From Octopus vulgaris (Eukaryota), in the NCBI GenBank assembly GCA_951406725.2, contig OX597820.1, positions 29,264,001 through 29,328,000 of the forward strand: 64,000 nucleotides of DNA, given 5' to 3'. The notes beneath the pieces are model-generated. The model was not told where the DNA came from, searched no databases, and saw only the letters and a list, made by a program, of their open reading frames with translations. Both the position numbers and the translations under genes were made by a program. Below are positions 1 to 11,402 of the stretch, in pieces; positions within the stretch are counted from its first letter, which is position 1; each line of letters opens with the position of its first letter.

Positions 1-1611
1 GGGAAAGCCCCAGGCCCATCAGGAATCACTGCAGAGATGCTCAAAATGTCTGGTAGTGTCGGCTATAGCCTAGTCACCCGTATAGTTAATCAGGTGATAC
101 ACAAAGGGGTCATACCCAATGACTGGTGTAGCAGTATAATAGTCAACTGCTACAAAGGTAAAGGTGATGCCCTAGATACAAATAACTACAGAGGTATCAA
201 GCTGTTGGACCAGGTGATGAAGGTTACGGAGAGGGTCATAGCCCAACTAATTAGAGAGAGAGTTAGTTTAGATGAGATGCAGTTTGGGTTTGTGCCAGGG
301 AAAAGTACTACTGATGCTATATTCCTGGTAAGGCAGCTGCAGGAGAAATACCTAGCCAAAGATAAGCCCCTGTACCTGGCTTTTGTTGACATGGAGAAAG
401 CCTTCGACAGGGTCCCCCGATCCCTTATCTGGTGGGCAATGAGGAAACTAGGGATAGATGAATGGTTAGTGAGAGCTGTGCGGGCCATGTATAGGGACGC
501 CGCTAGTAGGGTGAGGGTTGGAAATGTGTACAGTGAAGAATTCCGGGTAGAGGTAGGAGTCCACCAAGGCTCAGTACTCAGCCCCCTCCTATTTATCATA
601 GTCCTCCAGGCAATAACGGAGGAATTCAAGACAGGATGCCCTTGGGAGCTCCTCTATGCTGATGACCTTGCTCTAATTGCTGAGTCGCTATCAGAACTGG
701 AGGAGAAGTTTCAGGTGTGGAAACAAGGATTAGAATCGAAGGGCCTCAGAGTCAATCTAGCTAAAACCAAAGTCGTAATCAGTAGGAAGGTAGACAAATC
801 ACAAACACCTTCAGGTAGATGGCCCTGCTCGATCTGTAGAAAAGGTGTAGGTAGAAACTCTATAAGATGCACCAAGTGTAAGCTATGGACACATAAGAGA
901 TGCAGCAATGTCAAAGGAAGGCTAACTAGGAAGATGGTTTTTGTATGTGGCAGATGCTCAGGAACAATAAACACTGAAAATGCTCTGAGACCAACTTCCG
1001 TCACTTTCCAGGGAGAAAAACTAGAAATAGTTGATAGTTTCCGTTACCTAGGTGACCAAGTCAGCAGCGGGGGCGGGTGTGCTGAAAGTGTAACTGCTAG
1101 AGTAAGAATAGCTTGGGCAAAGTTCAGAGAGCTCTTACCTCTGCTGGTGACAAAAGGCCTCTCGCACAGAGTGAAAGGCAGACTGTATGATGCGTGTGTA
1201 CGAACAGCCATGCTACATGGCAGTGAAACATGGGCCGTGACTGCTGAGGATATGCGTAAGCTCGCTAGAAATGAAGCCAGTATGCTCCGATGGATGTGTA
1301 ATGCCGGTACTCACACTCGGCAGAGTGTAAGTACCTTGAGAGAAAAGCTGGACCTAAGAAGCATCAGTTGTGGTGTGCAAGAGAGACGTTTGCGCTGGTA
1401 TGGTCATGTGGCGAGAATAGATGAAGATAGTTGTGTGAAAAAGTGCCACACCCTAGCGGTTGAAGGAACCTGTGGAAGAGGCAGACCCAGGAAAACCTGG
1501 GACGAGGTGGTGAAGCACGACCTTCGAACTTTAGGTCTCACTGAGGAAATGACTAGAGACCGAGACCTCTGGAAGTGTGCTGTGCGCGAGAAGACCCGGC
1601 AGGACAAGTGA
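1..1611 (+). CDS. RTE-clade LINE ORF, 5'-partial: reverse transcriptase with an inserted PHD finger
   Basis: Open from base 1 (GKAPGPSG); motifs NYRGIKLL, QFGF, FVDMEKAFD, GVHQGSVLSPLLF, YADD, FRYLG and RTE-type C-terminus RLRWYGHVAR...GRGRPRKTW. Confidence 0.93.
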   Translation, partial: GKAPGPSGITAEMLKMSGSVGYSLVTRIVNQVIHKGVIPNDWCSSIIVNCYKGKGDALDTNNYRGIKLLDQVMKVTERVIAQLIRERVSLDEMQFGFVPGKSTTDAIFLVRQLQEKYLAKDKPLYLAFVDMEKAFDRVPRSLIWWAMRKLGIDEWLVRAVRAMYRDAASRVRVGNVYSEEFRVEVGVHQGSVLSPLLFIIVLQAITEEFKTGCPWELLYADDLALIAESLSELEEKFQVWKQGLESKGLRVNLAKTKVVISRKVDKSQTPSGRWPCSICRKGVGRNSIRCTKCKLWTHKRCSNVKGRLTRKMVFVCGRCSGTINTENALRPTSVTFQGEKLEIVDSFRYLGDQVSSGGGCAESVTARVRIAWAKFRELLPLLVTKGLSHRVKGRLYDACVRTAMLHGSETWAVTAEDMRKLARNEASMLRWMCNAGTHTRQSVSTLREKLDLRSISCGVQERRLRWYGHVARIDEDSCVKKCHTLAVEGTCGRGRPRKTWDEVVKHDLRTLGLTEEMTRDRDLWKCAVREKTRQDK

Positions 1612-2210
1612 GTCCATAACCCGTGGCCTTCTACATGGGATGGAGCCGGCCTACGTATGCATACCTTCCCTTCTTGGGACACAAAACTCTACTTGTGAAG
1701 ACGTGTTGAGGCAAGTGAGGATCAGAATCGAAATCGATCAATGGAAATTGCGGATGTGCTACCAGTGCCGGTGGCATGTCAAAACTCTGCTTGTGAAGAC
1801 CCGTTGAGGCAAGTGAGGATCAGAATCGAAATCGATCAATGGAAATTGCAGATGTGTTACCAGTGCCGGTGGCATGTAAGAGAACTTTCCGTTTCGCGAC
1901 CGTTGCCAGCACCGCCCCGTTTCGTGTCCGTTGCCAGCCTCGCCTGGCCCTCGTGCCGGTGGCACATAAAAAGCACCATCCGTTCGTGGCCGTTTGCCAG
2001 CTCTGTCTGGCACCAGTGCGGGTGGCACGTAAAAAGCACCCACTACACTCACGGAGTGGTTGGCGTTAGGAAGGGCATCCAGCCGTAGAAACACTGCCAG
2101 ATTTGACTGGGCCTGATGAAGCCTTCTGGCTTCACAGACCCCAGTAGAACCGTCCAACCCATGCTAGCATGGAAAACGGACGCTAAACGATGATGATGAT
2201 GATGATGATG
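1..2210 (+). mobile_element. Young RTE-clade LINE, antisense in a TAF2 intron; 3'UTR 1612-2210 ends in (GAT)n
   Basis: Uninterrupted ORF, 3'UTR with internal duplications, (GAT)n tail; near-identical to the copy at 28870. Confidence 0.93.
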
Positions 2211-2466
2211 CTCCAATTCACTCATCTGTAGAAATGAACAGCGATGTCACCGGTGCTACACTGTATCATCAGCCTTTGCCTTTCCCTTGGATAACATCAG
2301 TGTCATGGAGAGGGGACACTGGTATGCATGAGCGACTATGGGTCTCCCATAAACAACCTTACCTAAACTTGTACCTTGAAGGGGAACTTTCTAGGTGCAA
2401 TCCCATGGTGATTCATGGCCGAAAGGGGTCTTTACCTGTTATATTTTGTTATAAAAATGATCTTAC

Positions 2467-2632
2467 CTGGAAGTGTATGGGTTGATGATGAGGGAGAGCT
2501 AGAATCTTCACTGAGGTTGCTGGGAATGTCAGCGTATGAGAGGGGCAGCTCTAAACTAGAACGCTCCAGAGGCATTGAAGACATCTGCGGACGAGGAGCA
2601 ATAAAATCTTCTTCTTCTTCTAGTTTCTTTTG
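2467..2632 (-). CDS. TAF2: TAF2 exon 30
   Basis: QKKLEEEEDFIAPRPQ...SSSTHTLP; attcag acceptor and G|GTAAGA donor; gene continues beyond the window. Confidence 0.68.
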
Positions 2633-2694
2633 CTGAATGAAATGGAATATGGAAAATTCATTAATTCTTGTTATAGATAGGAGACACAGATACA

Positions 2695-3012
2695 CTGATA
2701 GACAGACAGACAGACAGACACACACACACACATGCACACACATACACAAGCACACATATATGCACACACATGCATGCACATATGCAAACATACAGACACA
2801 TATAAGCAGACATACACACACATGCACACATATGCACACAAACATACACACAGACATGTATATACATACACATACACACACAAGCACACATATATGCACA
2901 CACATGCATGCACATGTGCAAACATACAGACACACACAAGCAGACATACACACACATGCACACAAACACACACACAGACATGTATATACATATACATACA
3001 CATACACACATG
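2695..3012. repeat. Compound (CA)/(TA)/(GACA) microsatellite
   Basis: Low-complexity sequence; source of the spurious His/Thr and Cys/Val ORFs. Confidence 0.9.
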
Positions 3013-3032
3013 CAATACGTACAAGAACTTAC

Positions 3033-3659
3033 CTTAATTTTCAATTTGAACTTGGAGTCATCCGTCTGCATATAGTCGGGCAGCAGGGGGTCTGGTAATG
3101 ATCCAAAACCGAGCTTGGGATCCAGACACAGACCCGATTCTTCTTTCCTTTTAATGCCACGAGCCTGTTCCATTGCTCCAGGCTGAACAGGGGACTGAAG
3201 CGGCAGGGCAACAGCGCCTGATTTTGTAGGGGTTCCCAGAGATGTTGATGCAGCGGATGTGCTGCCAGCATTGGCAGCAGCAGCGGCGGCTGCTTCAGCT
3301 GCTGCAGCGGCAACTGCAGCGGAGACTGCGGCAGCTGCTGCTGCTGCAACAGACGTTGTAGTCAGAGGTGCTTTAGTTTCAAACGTGTCTTTCTTCTCCT
3401 CCCCAATGACAACTCCTGTCATTGGGGTGGTTGTTGTTGTTGTTATTGCAGTAGTTATTGGCGCTGGTACTGGTGCTGGTGTTGGTGTTGGTGTTAGTGT
3501 TGGTGTTGGTGTTAGTGTTGGTGTTGGTGTTAGTGTTGGTGTTAGTGTTGGTGTTGGTGGTAGTGGTGGCAGTGGTGGTGGAGGCGGAGGTGGTAGTGTT
3601 TGCACTGGTAATATTTCTGCTTCTGTCTTCATTACAACTGATTCAAGGGGTTCCATTTT
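3033..3659 (-). CDS. TAF2: TAF2 exon 29 (poly-Pro, (PT)n, poly-Thr, poly-Ala)
   Basis: Open 209-codon phase 0/0 exon, KMEPLESV...DDSKFKLKIK; tttttag acceptor and GTAAGT donor. Confidence 0.75.
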
Positions 3660-4413
3660 CTAAAAAGTAATAAAGTGTAATTATCAATATCAGTTTCAAA
3701 TTTTAACACAAGGCCAATAATTTGGGGAGAGCGAGTAAGTTGATTACATTGACCTCAGTATCCAAGTGGTACATACTGCATCAACCCCAAAAAGTATAAA
3801 CAAATGTGATAGATACTTGATAACTTAACCTTTTTAACATTGCTTAAAAATTTTAATATTGAAGCAAAAATATTGTTTGGAAAAAAATATATAACTTTAA
3901 AATTTAAATAATAATAATAATGAAATTATTGTATATAGTGCTCAGGTGCACCACAACTTGTCAGAAAGTGCATATAAAGTACATGCAGTAATGTACAAAT
4001 GTCTGAAAAAAACCATTTGCACCGAAAGCATATATATATATATATACAACAGGCTTCTTTCAGTTTCCATGTACCAAATCCAATCACAAGGCTTTGATTG
4101 GCCCAAGGTTATAACAGAAGACACTTGCCCAAGGTACTACACAGTGGGACTGAACCCAGAACCATATGGTTGAGAAACGAAAAAAAAACTTCTTTAACAC
4201 AGTGCCCCAGTCTGGCTACAGTCTAATGACTGAAACAAGTAAACAATAAAAAAAGAACAACAATGACTATCATAAATTTTAAAAAAAGCTGAAAAAAAAA
4301 AACACTGCAAAACAAGAACTGCAAAGAGCAAAGATTAACAGACTTCAAAGAAGACAAAATTCTATGAATAACTCATCAGAGGAACTAAGACATATAAACA
4401 GTGTTCCACTTAC

Positions 4414-4824
4414 AATCGGATTGTGTTCCATGTTTGGCTGAGAGATGTCAAAGCCTGTTGAAGGAGATTGTGGAATGGGTGGTTTCACATCAGTAGTTGG
4501 TGGGCCTTGAAGAGGTGGGTGTACTACTGTTACAGGTAGAGCAGTAACATTAGTATCTGTGGTGGTAGTCGTGGTGGTGGTGGTGGTGGTGGTTGTGGTG
4601 TCTATGGTATTAGCTGTTCCTGCACTAAGAACTGGCGGAGTGGCACTGGGTCCCAGGGATGATGGTAATGACGTTGGCAGCAATGATGATGAAGATAATG
4701 ATGATGCTGGTAGGGGTGGTGCTGCCACTGCCACTACTGCTGCTGCTGTTGTTGTTGGTGGTGCTGGTGGTGGTTGTGTGACTGGTACCTCTATGCCTGG
4801 CAGTACAGGTTTCTTATCTTTGCC
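4414..4824 (-). CDS. TAF2: TAF2 exon 28 (low-complexity C-terminal region)
   Basis: Open 137-codon phase 0/0 exon, GKDKKPVLPG...poly-Thr...NMEHNPI; ttcttag acceptor and GTAAGT donor; little homology support. Confidence 0.72.
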
Positions 4825-5126
4825 CTAAGAAAGAAATAAAAAATAAATAAAAAACAGGAAAAGCAAAAAAAAAAAAAACAAAAAACAGAGTAGATAAATA
4901 AATAAATAGTTCTTTGTAAGTGTGGCACAAGGCCAGCAACTTAGGAGAGAGGAGGTAAGTTGATTACACTGACCCCAGTATCTGACAGGTGGTTTAGTTT
5001 ATTGACCTCGAAAGGATGAGAGGCAAAGTCAACCTTCATGGAATTTGAACTCAGAACATAAGGAGCCAGAAGAAACGTCTCTAAGTATTTTGTCTGACAT
5101 GCTAACAATGGTAAATAAATAAAATG

Positions 5127-5430
5127 TGGAGGCACAATGGCCCAGTGGTTAGGGCAGCGGATTCGCGGTCGGAGGATCGCGGTTTCGATTCCCAGACCGG
5201 GCATTGTGTGTTTATTGAGCAAAAATACCTAAAAAGCTCCACAGGGCTCTGGCAGGGTGGTAGTGGTGACCCCTGTTGAATTCTTTCGCCACAATTTTCT
5301 CTCACTCTCTCTTCCTGTTTCTTGAGTAACGCTGCAATGGACTGGTGTCCTGTCCAGCTGGGGGTAACACATGCACCACAGAAACCAGGAAACCGGGCCC
5401 ATGAGCCTAGCTAGGTTTGAAAAGGGCAAC
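5127..5430 (+). mobile_element. tRNA-derived SINE family C
   Basis: TGGCCCAGTGGTTAGGGCAGCGG...GGTTTCGATTCCC tRNA-like head without a closing acceptor stem, running into a SINE body. Confidence 0.7.
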
Positions 5431-5731
5431 ATATATCATTTTAAATAAATAAAGTTAATCTCTTAAGTGGCCAGGTGTTAGCAAGTGACGATGAGCAAAC
5501 TAGCTCAAAATTGAGTCGGTCTCATGATCCCACCATCTGCTGGAGAGTGATAGGGGTTCGCTCCCCTGCTTGTAGTATATACTGGGTGCAGGCTATAAGA
5601 TCACAGGTTCAATTCCTAGATCTTGTAAGTGTGTGTGCATGAGTGTGTGTGTGTGTGCGTGTGCGTGTATGTGTGTGTGCGTTCATGTCTGCATGCATCT
5701 ATGTATTGCAGAGACACAGATTTATACTTAC

Positions 5732-5831
5732 CTCAGGTGTGGGCAATTTAGTAGGGCGAGTGCGACCGTAAAGACAGTAATAGAGATCAGCAATACCACA
5801 TCGGAGACGACTGTCATGTGGACAGCCAGTC
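5732..5831 (-). CDS. TAF2: TAF2 exon 27
   Basis: TGCPHDSRLRCGIADLYYCLYGRTRPTKLPTPE. Confidence 0.92.
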
Positions 5832-6522
5832 CTGTAGAGAATTTGGTAAAAACACAAGCAGTCATTCAAAAGTAACAAAGAGGATTTCATTGATCAAATT
5901 GTGAAAATGACAATATCATAAACAAAGGTGAATTACCTTCTAAATTTTACTATTTCTTTTGTAACCCTTTGACTGTCCTGTGTATTACATGTGACACACA
6001 GGACATATTTCCCTGGGGCCCATGAATCATATATGATACACATTCCCAATTTTTTTTCAACCACCAAAGTAACTTGAGACTTATGAAAGGGAAGCTGTAT
6101 AATTACTCAGAATGTATCAAACAAGGGTTGACTAAGAGTTGGAAAACCAGTATGAACGTTTTGGGCAAACTCACGAAAATGCTTTGGACAGGCCAAGGGT
6201 GAAATACAAGGTTATAATCTGCTTAACCTTTTAGCATTTAAACTGCCATATCTGGCCAAAACATTCTGCCTGTTTTATGTTCCAACTGGCCAGATCTGGC
6301 TTCTCACACCAAGTAAAAAAAAATTATTAATATATAGGTGCAGGAGTGGCTGTGTGGTAAGTAGCTTGCTTACCAACCACATGGTTCCTGGTTCAGTCCT
6401 AATGCAAGGCACCTTGCGCAAATGTCTTCTACTATAGCCTTGGGCTGACCAAAGCCTTGTGAGTGGATTTGGATTTGGTAGATGGAAACTGAAAGAAGCC
6501 TGTCGTATATATGTATATACAT

Positions 6523-6765
6523 ATCATCATCATCATCATCATCGTTTAACGTCCGTTTTCCGCGCTAGCACGGGTTGGACGGTTTCGACCGGGGTCTGGG
6601 GAGCTCGGGACTGCCCCAGGCTCCAGTCTAGTCTGGCAGTGTTTCTACAGCTGGATGCCCTTCCTAACGCCAACCACTCCGTGAGTGTAGTGGGTGTTTT
6701 TTACGTGCCACCTGCACAGGTGCCAGAGGGGTCTGGCATCGGCCACGTTTGGATGGTGCTTTTTA
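6523..6765 (-). mobile_element. RTE 3'-end fragment nested in a SINE
   Basis: (CAT)n followed by the reverse complement of the RTE tail GGAGTGGTTGGCGTTAGGAAGGGCATCCAGC. Confidence 0.8.
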
Positions 6766-6766
6766 T

Positions 6767-7660
6767 GGGGTGGGGGTGCAGAAATATAGGGGAGCACCAG
6801 TGGGAGGGGTGGTTCAGAGGACAGGTTCTAGGCAAGTAGAACGTAGGAAATCGAGAGAGGGGTAATGCATGGTGAAATAGCGTATTGAAGAGGGGGTTCA
6901 AAGAGTAGACACCTATAATGGTGGTGGGGGGGGGTGCAGAAATATAGGGGAGCACCAGTGGGAGGGGTGGTTCTGAGGACAGGTTCTAGGCAAGTAGAAC
7001 GTAGGATATCGAGAGAGGGTAATGCATAGTTCAAAGATTTCTTATCTTGGGATCACTTCGTTTACGGACAGACTTGGCAAAAGGAATTCGGAATCAAGAA
7101 TGAGGCAGGTTACTAGCTTAAGTATGCATAGCCATGGAGAGAAGTAGGAAGAGAGGAGTCCAGACAGACAATGTAAAAAGAGGGGGAGAGAAGGGGAAGA
7201 GAACCCCGCGAAGAAATCGGCGGCCAATTCGATCAGCCCTGTAAGGGAGATAGATCTTAAATATCTATAACGATAACTAATGAATTATACAGAATATGCA
7301 AAAACGAGGCGAGGCTGAAATAGTAAACAGAGTGGCGACTAGGGGGCTCAGAATAATGATACATAATAAATAATAATAAATAGAGATACGGGGTGAATTA
7401 AAGTTCAAAGATTTCTTATCTTGGGATCACTTCGTTTACGGACAGACTTGGCAAAAGGAATTCGGAATCAAGAATGAGGCAGGTTACTAGCTTAAGTATG
7501 CATAGCCATGGAGAGAAGTAGGAAGAGAGGAGTCCAGACAGACAATGTAAAAAGAGGGGGAGAGAAGGGGAAGAGAACCCCGCGAAGAATCGGGGTAAAC
7601 AGAGTGGCGACTAGGGGGCTCAGAATAATGATACATAATAAATAATAATAAATAGAGATA
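6767..7660. repeat. Mosaic of three pairs of direct repeats
   Basis: A at about 6767-6870 and 6922-7027; B at 7028-7220 and 7402-7593; C at 7323-7388 and 7595-7660. Confidence 0.85.
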
Positions 7661-7907
7661 TATATATATATATGAGTGTGTATATGTTTGTGTGTCTGTG
7701 TTTGTCCCCGCAACATCGCTTGACAACCGATGCTGGTGTATTTACATCCCCGTAGCTTAGCGGTTCGGCAAAAGAGACCGATAGAATAAGTACTAGGCTT
7801 CTAAAGAATAAGTCCTGAGGTCGATTTGCTCAACTAAAGGCGGTGCTCCAGCATGGCTGCAGTCAAATGACTGAAACAAGTAAAAGAGAGAAAAAAAAAT
7901 ATCTTAC

Positions 7908-8012
7908 GTCATCAGTTTCCATAAACTATCAACAAGTTCTTCCGTATTCAATGGACTTGAGTCTCCTTTAAGAAATGGTGGCTTTTTAACAAGCATTTCC
8001 ATTATTTTGTGC
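7908..8012 (-). CDS. TAF2: TAF2 exon 26
   Basis: HKIMEMLVKKPPFLKGDSSPLNTEELVDSLWKLM. Confidence 0.92.
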
Positions 8013-8170
8013 CTGCAATAGAAACAGTAAAATGTATCCGAGTCAATGATAAGAGTTTCTTCGTGATTGCTCAACCAGACAGAAATAGCAGGCACATCAC
8101 CCCACCAATCATATAAAAGGAAGGACACAGTGGAAAATTTTCCCACAATTGTTGATGTGTGTGTGTGTGT

Positions 8171-8378
8171 ATTAGAGAAAAACCACTATTATGCAATTCA
8201 AACAATGATAGACATAAACCAAATCATAAATAAAAAATAAACATATAACTATATATAAGTAATGTATATATTACTTATTATATATACTTATATGTTTTAA
8301 AATATATTTTATTTTTTATTTATGATTTGGTTTATGTCTATCATTGTTTGAATTGCATAATAGCATTTTTTCTCTAAT
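8171..8378. repeat. AT-rich inverted repeat with ~70-bp arms
   Basis: ATTAGAGAAAAA...TATTATGCAATTCAAACAATGATAGACATAAACCAAATCATAAATAAAAAATAAA and its reverse complement. Confidence 0.85.
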
Positions 8379-8699
8379 TTATATATATTATATATTATAT
8401 ATTTATATTGTGAAATTTGATTTAATACTAAATTGAATTTTTTCCTGTGTGTTTGGAGTTATACTCCCTAATATTATTATTATTATTACACACACACACA
8501 CAAAAGATGAAGAAATCTTGATTGTAGGTCAGCTTCGTCAGGGACAATCTCAGTTAAGCAGCAGTAATATCAACAGCAGCAGCAACAACAGCAACAGCAT
8601 AAAATATAACTGAGCTGTGGGTGTTTCTTTGTGGTCACTAAACCTGCTAGAAAAAGCAGTAAAACATTCTCAGACAATACTCTACTTTTTGAAAATACA

Positions 8700-9065
8700 A
8701 AAGCACATTTCAAACTCCACCCATCTAACACCCGTGGACATATTTACAAAGTAAGAAAACAGCACAGCTCCCATGACTTCAGGAAACATTTTTTCACGCT
8801 GAGGGTTGCTGAAGCATGGAACAAACTGCCGGCATCAGTTGTTAGTTGTCGGAGCACTGCATCCTTCAAAACTTCCATGCTTCCTGAGATTCGCCAACAC
8901 TACACTTGATTTTCTCCCCTCCATACACACACAAGCATGTATCTGACTCATACATTGTTCGCTTTCCAGACATTTCTACATTGCTGCATGTACTTTATAT
9001 GCACTTTCTGACAAGTTGTGGTGCACCTGAGCACTGTATATAATTAATTTCATTATTATTATTAT
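8700..9065 (+). mobile_element. CR1/L2-like LINE 3' fragment with (ATT)n tail
   Basis: TRGHIYK...RKHFFTLRVAEAWNKLP...FK is a CR1/L2-type ORF2 C-terminus; a reverse copy of the tail lies at about 3908-4010. Confidence 0.8.
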
Positions 9066-9409
9066 ACAATATGGTCCTGGATAACTGGATAATATAACTC
9101 ACATCAGCTAATATAATCCTATAACTGAAAAAGAGATTTGGACGGTTGTGCAGCTAGAACACTTTTCATCATTGGTCTGTTTGATCAGGGATGACTTCGG
9201 AATAAACAACAATATCAATAGCTTAACCATTTTGATATCAAGTTGCTGAAACCACCCCCAGTTCTAAACTCCTTATTTTAAATGATTTTGTTTATAATCT
9301 CCCACCAAAATTTCATGTGAAATTTCATGCTCCAAGTAAATTCAAATATATAAATCAGAAATATACAAGTAAATTTAAATAAATTTAAAATATGAATAGA
9401 GATCTTTAC

Positions 9410-9479
9410 CGGACATATATATCAGGATCAGTTTGCATTAAGTTGATCAACCAGTTTAGTTTATCAGCATTGACATCAG
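9410..9479 (-). CDS. TAF2: TAF2 exon 25
   Basis: DVNADKLNWLINLMQTDPDIYVR resembles human DRSYEELQWLLNMIQNDPVPYVR. Confidence 0.88.
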
Positions 9480-10111
9480 CTGCAACAGAAGAAATATTGA
9501 TAGTTTTTTTAAAATCTCAAACTAAAATATCAACTTCATCATCATCATTCAGTATTTTAAATCCTGGTTTTGTCCCCGTTAATGGGGGTGGCCAGATCTA
9601 CCTCAATGCCATAGAAACCGAGGTAGGCTGGTGCAGCCCACCCCAACCTATGGGCTGGCTGGTGCCCATTCTCCTTTGCTATCATGAGGCTTTTTTGGAG
9701 CTGGATTTTCTACAGGGAGCATGCCCTTACTTACCCCAAACCTCAGTTTCTAGACATGAGTGGTCCCAAGACCAATGTCTCTACCATGATTTTTAAGAAA
9801 TGTGGTGGAAAACTGGCTCAGGAGGGTAGGGACACTACTCCCTGAGAACCCTTTCGGAGACCTTCACCTAATGATTTAACATTTGCAAAAAATATACTAC
9901 TAAAAGCTTAATTATTCTTATTAGAACAAAAGCACAAAATTTAAAGGAAGGTAAAATTTTATGATGTATATTTTAATTTTTTCTTTCTTATTTTTTCTCA
10001 GCGGCATAAAAATGAAACAACTTCAATAAGTTATGAAGACTTCATTAGTTATGAAGTTGCTACTATTGTAGTAACTATTCAAAATTCAAAAGTGTATGTA
10101 TGTGTGTGTGC

Positions 10112-10167
<56 letters not shown>

Positions 10168-10569
10168 GTGTGTGTGTGTGCGTGTGTGTGTGTATATATA
10201 TATACGCACAAGAGTGGCTGTGTGGTAAGTAACTTGCACAACAACCACAAGATTACTTTTGTGTAGCGAAGGAAAGCCTCTGTTCAAGTACTCAACCTGC
10301 TAAACACAGCAGGCGTATATATATATATATGTGTGTTTATAGGTTTGTCCCTGCAACATCACTTGACAACCATGCTGGTGCATTTACATCCCTGTAACAT
10401 AGTGATTCAGCAAAAAAGACCAGCAGAATAAGTATTAGGCTTCCAAAGAATAAGTCCTGGGGCCAATTTGCTCAACTAAAGGCAATACTCCACAGTCAAA
10501 TGACTGAAACAAGTAAAAGAATAAAAGTATATATATGCAAAAGAATGAAGAATCCAATATGACACTCAC

Positions 10570-10709
10570 CACTAATATAGTCGACCAAAGCTTCAAAAGC
10601 TGCCAGTCGTATGTCTCTGTAAATGCCATATTTTGAATAACTCTCAAATATCTGTGGATCACTGGGGAGATGACCGTTTTTTTGCAGCACACGAATTGCA
10701 CGAATACAG
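10570..10709 (-). CDS. TAF2: TAF2 exon 24
   Basis: CIRAIRVLQKNGHLPSDPQIFESYSKYGIYRDIRLAAFEALVDYIS. Confidence 0.94.
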
Positions 10710-10897
10710 CTGCAACAGAAAACAAAACCAAATGCATGACATTGTTACCATAGTAACTAAACAGAAGTGTACACAAGTGTGCCTTGTGCTTTTACTCAAA
10801 GTATGCCAGAGTATTTATATTGTAGTTATTATCAGAGTACACTAGAGTGTTTTGTATTAGTATTAGAATACAGCAGAGTACATTTAATTATTATTAG

Positions 10898-11195
10898 AGT
10901 GGCACGTAAAAAGCACCATCCGATTGTAGCCGTTTGCCAGCCTCGTCTGGCACCTGTGCCGGTGGCATGTAAAAAGCACCATCCGATCGAGGCCGTTTGC
11001 CAGCCTCGTCTGGCACCTGTGCCGGTGGCACGTAAAAAGCACTCATGGAGTGGTTGGCGTTAGGAAGGGCATCCAGCCGTAGAAACATTGCCAGATCAGA
11101 CTGGGCCTGGTGCAGCCTTCTGGCTCCCAGACCCCAGTTGAACCGTCCAACCCATGCCAGCATGGAAAGCGGATGCTAAACGATGATGATGATGA
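10898..11195 (+). mobile_element. RTE 3'-end fragment
   Basis: 3'UTR repeat units, conserved tail and (GAT)n. Confidence 0.82.
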
Positions 11196-11402
11196 CTACA
11201 GTATGTTATGTTGTTATTAGAATACATCTAAGCATATAATTATCATAATATACGAATACATTCTGTTAGTATTGTTATTAAAATACAATAGAGTATATTG
11301 TATTCATGTTGAGTACGTCAGAGTATACTGTAGAAGCATTATAGGACTGCAACAGTATATGTTATTACATTGTTATATTACAGTACACCATTCATTCAGT
11401 GA

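Larger units (their letters stand above)
6337..7890 (+). mobile_element. SINE family A copy split by nested insertions (head 6337-6522, tail about 7661-7890)
   Basis: Both halves match family A and are separated at the internal microsatellite. Confidence 0.78.

Noticed and set aside
1577-2157. Recurrent short ORFs such as MDGSTGV...LDALPNANHS
   Set aside because: They recur in many dispersed copies because they are translations of the RTE 3'UTR
2637-3098. His/Thr-rich and Cys/Val-rich ORFs
   Set aside because: Translations of a compound (CA)n/(TG)n microsatellite
3259-3670. Plus-strand poly-Ala, (GV)n and (LV)n ORFs
   Set aside because: Antisense readings of the low-complexity TAF2 exon 29
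5127-5205. Possible tRNA gene
   Set aside because: Has A and B boxes but no closing acceptor stem and continues into a SINE body; called as a SINE head
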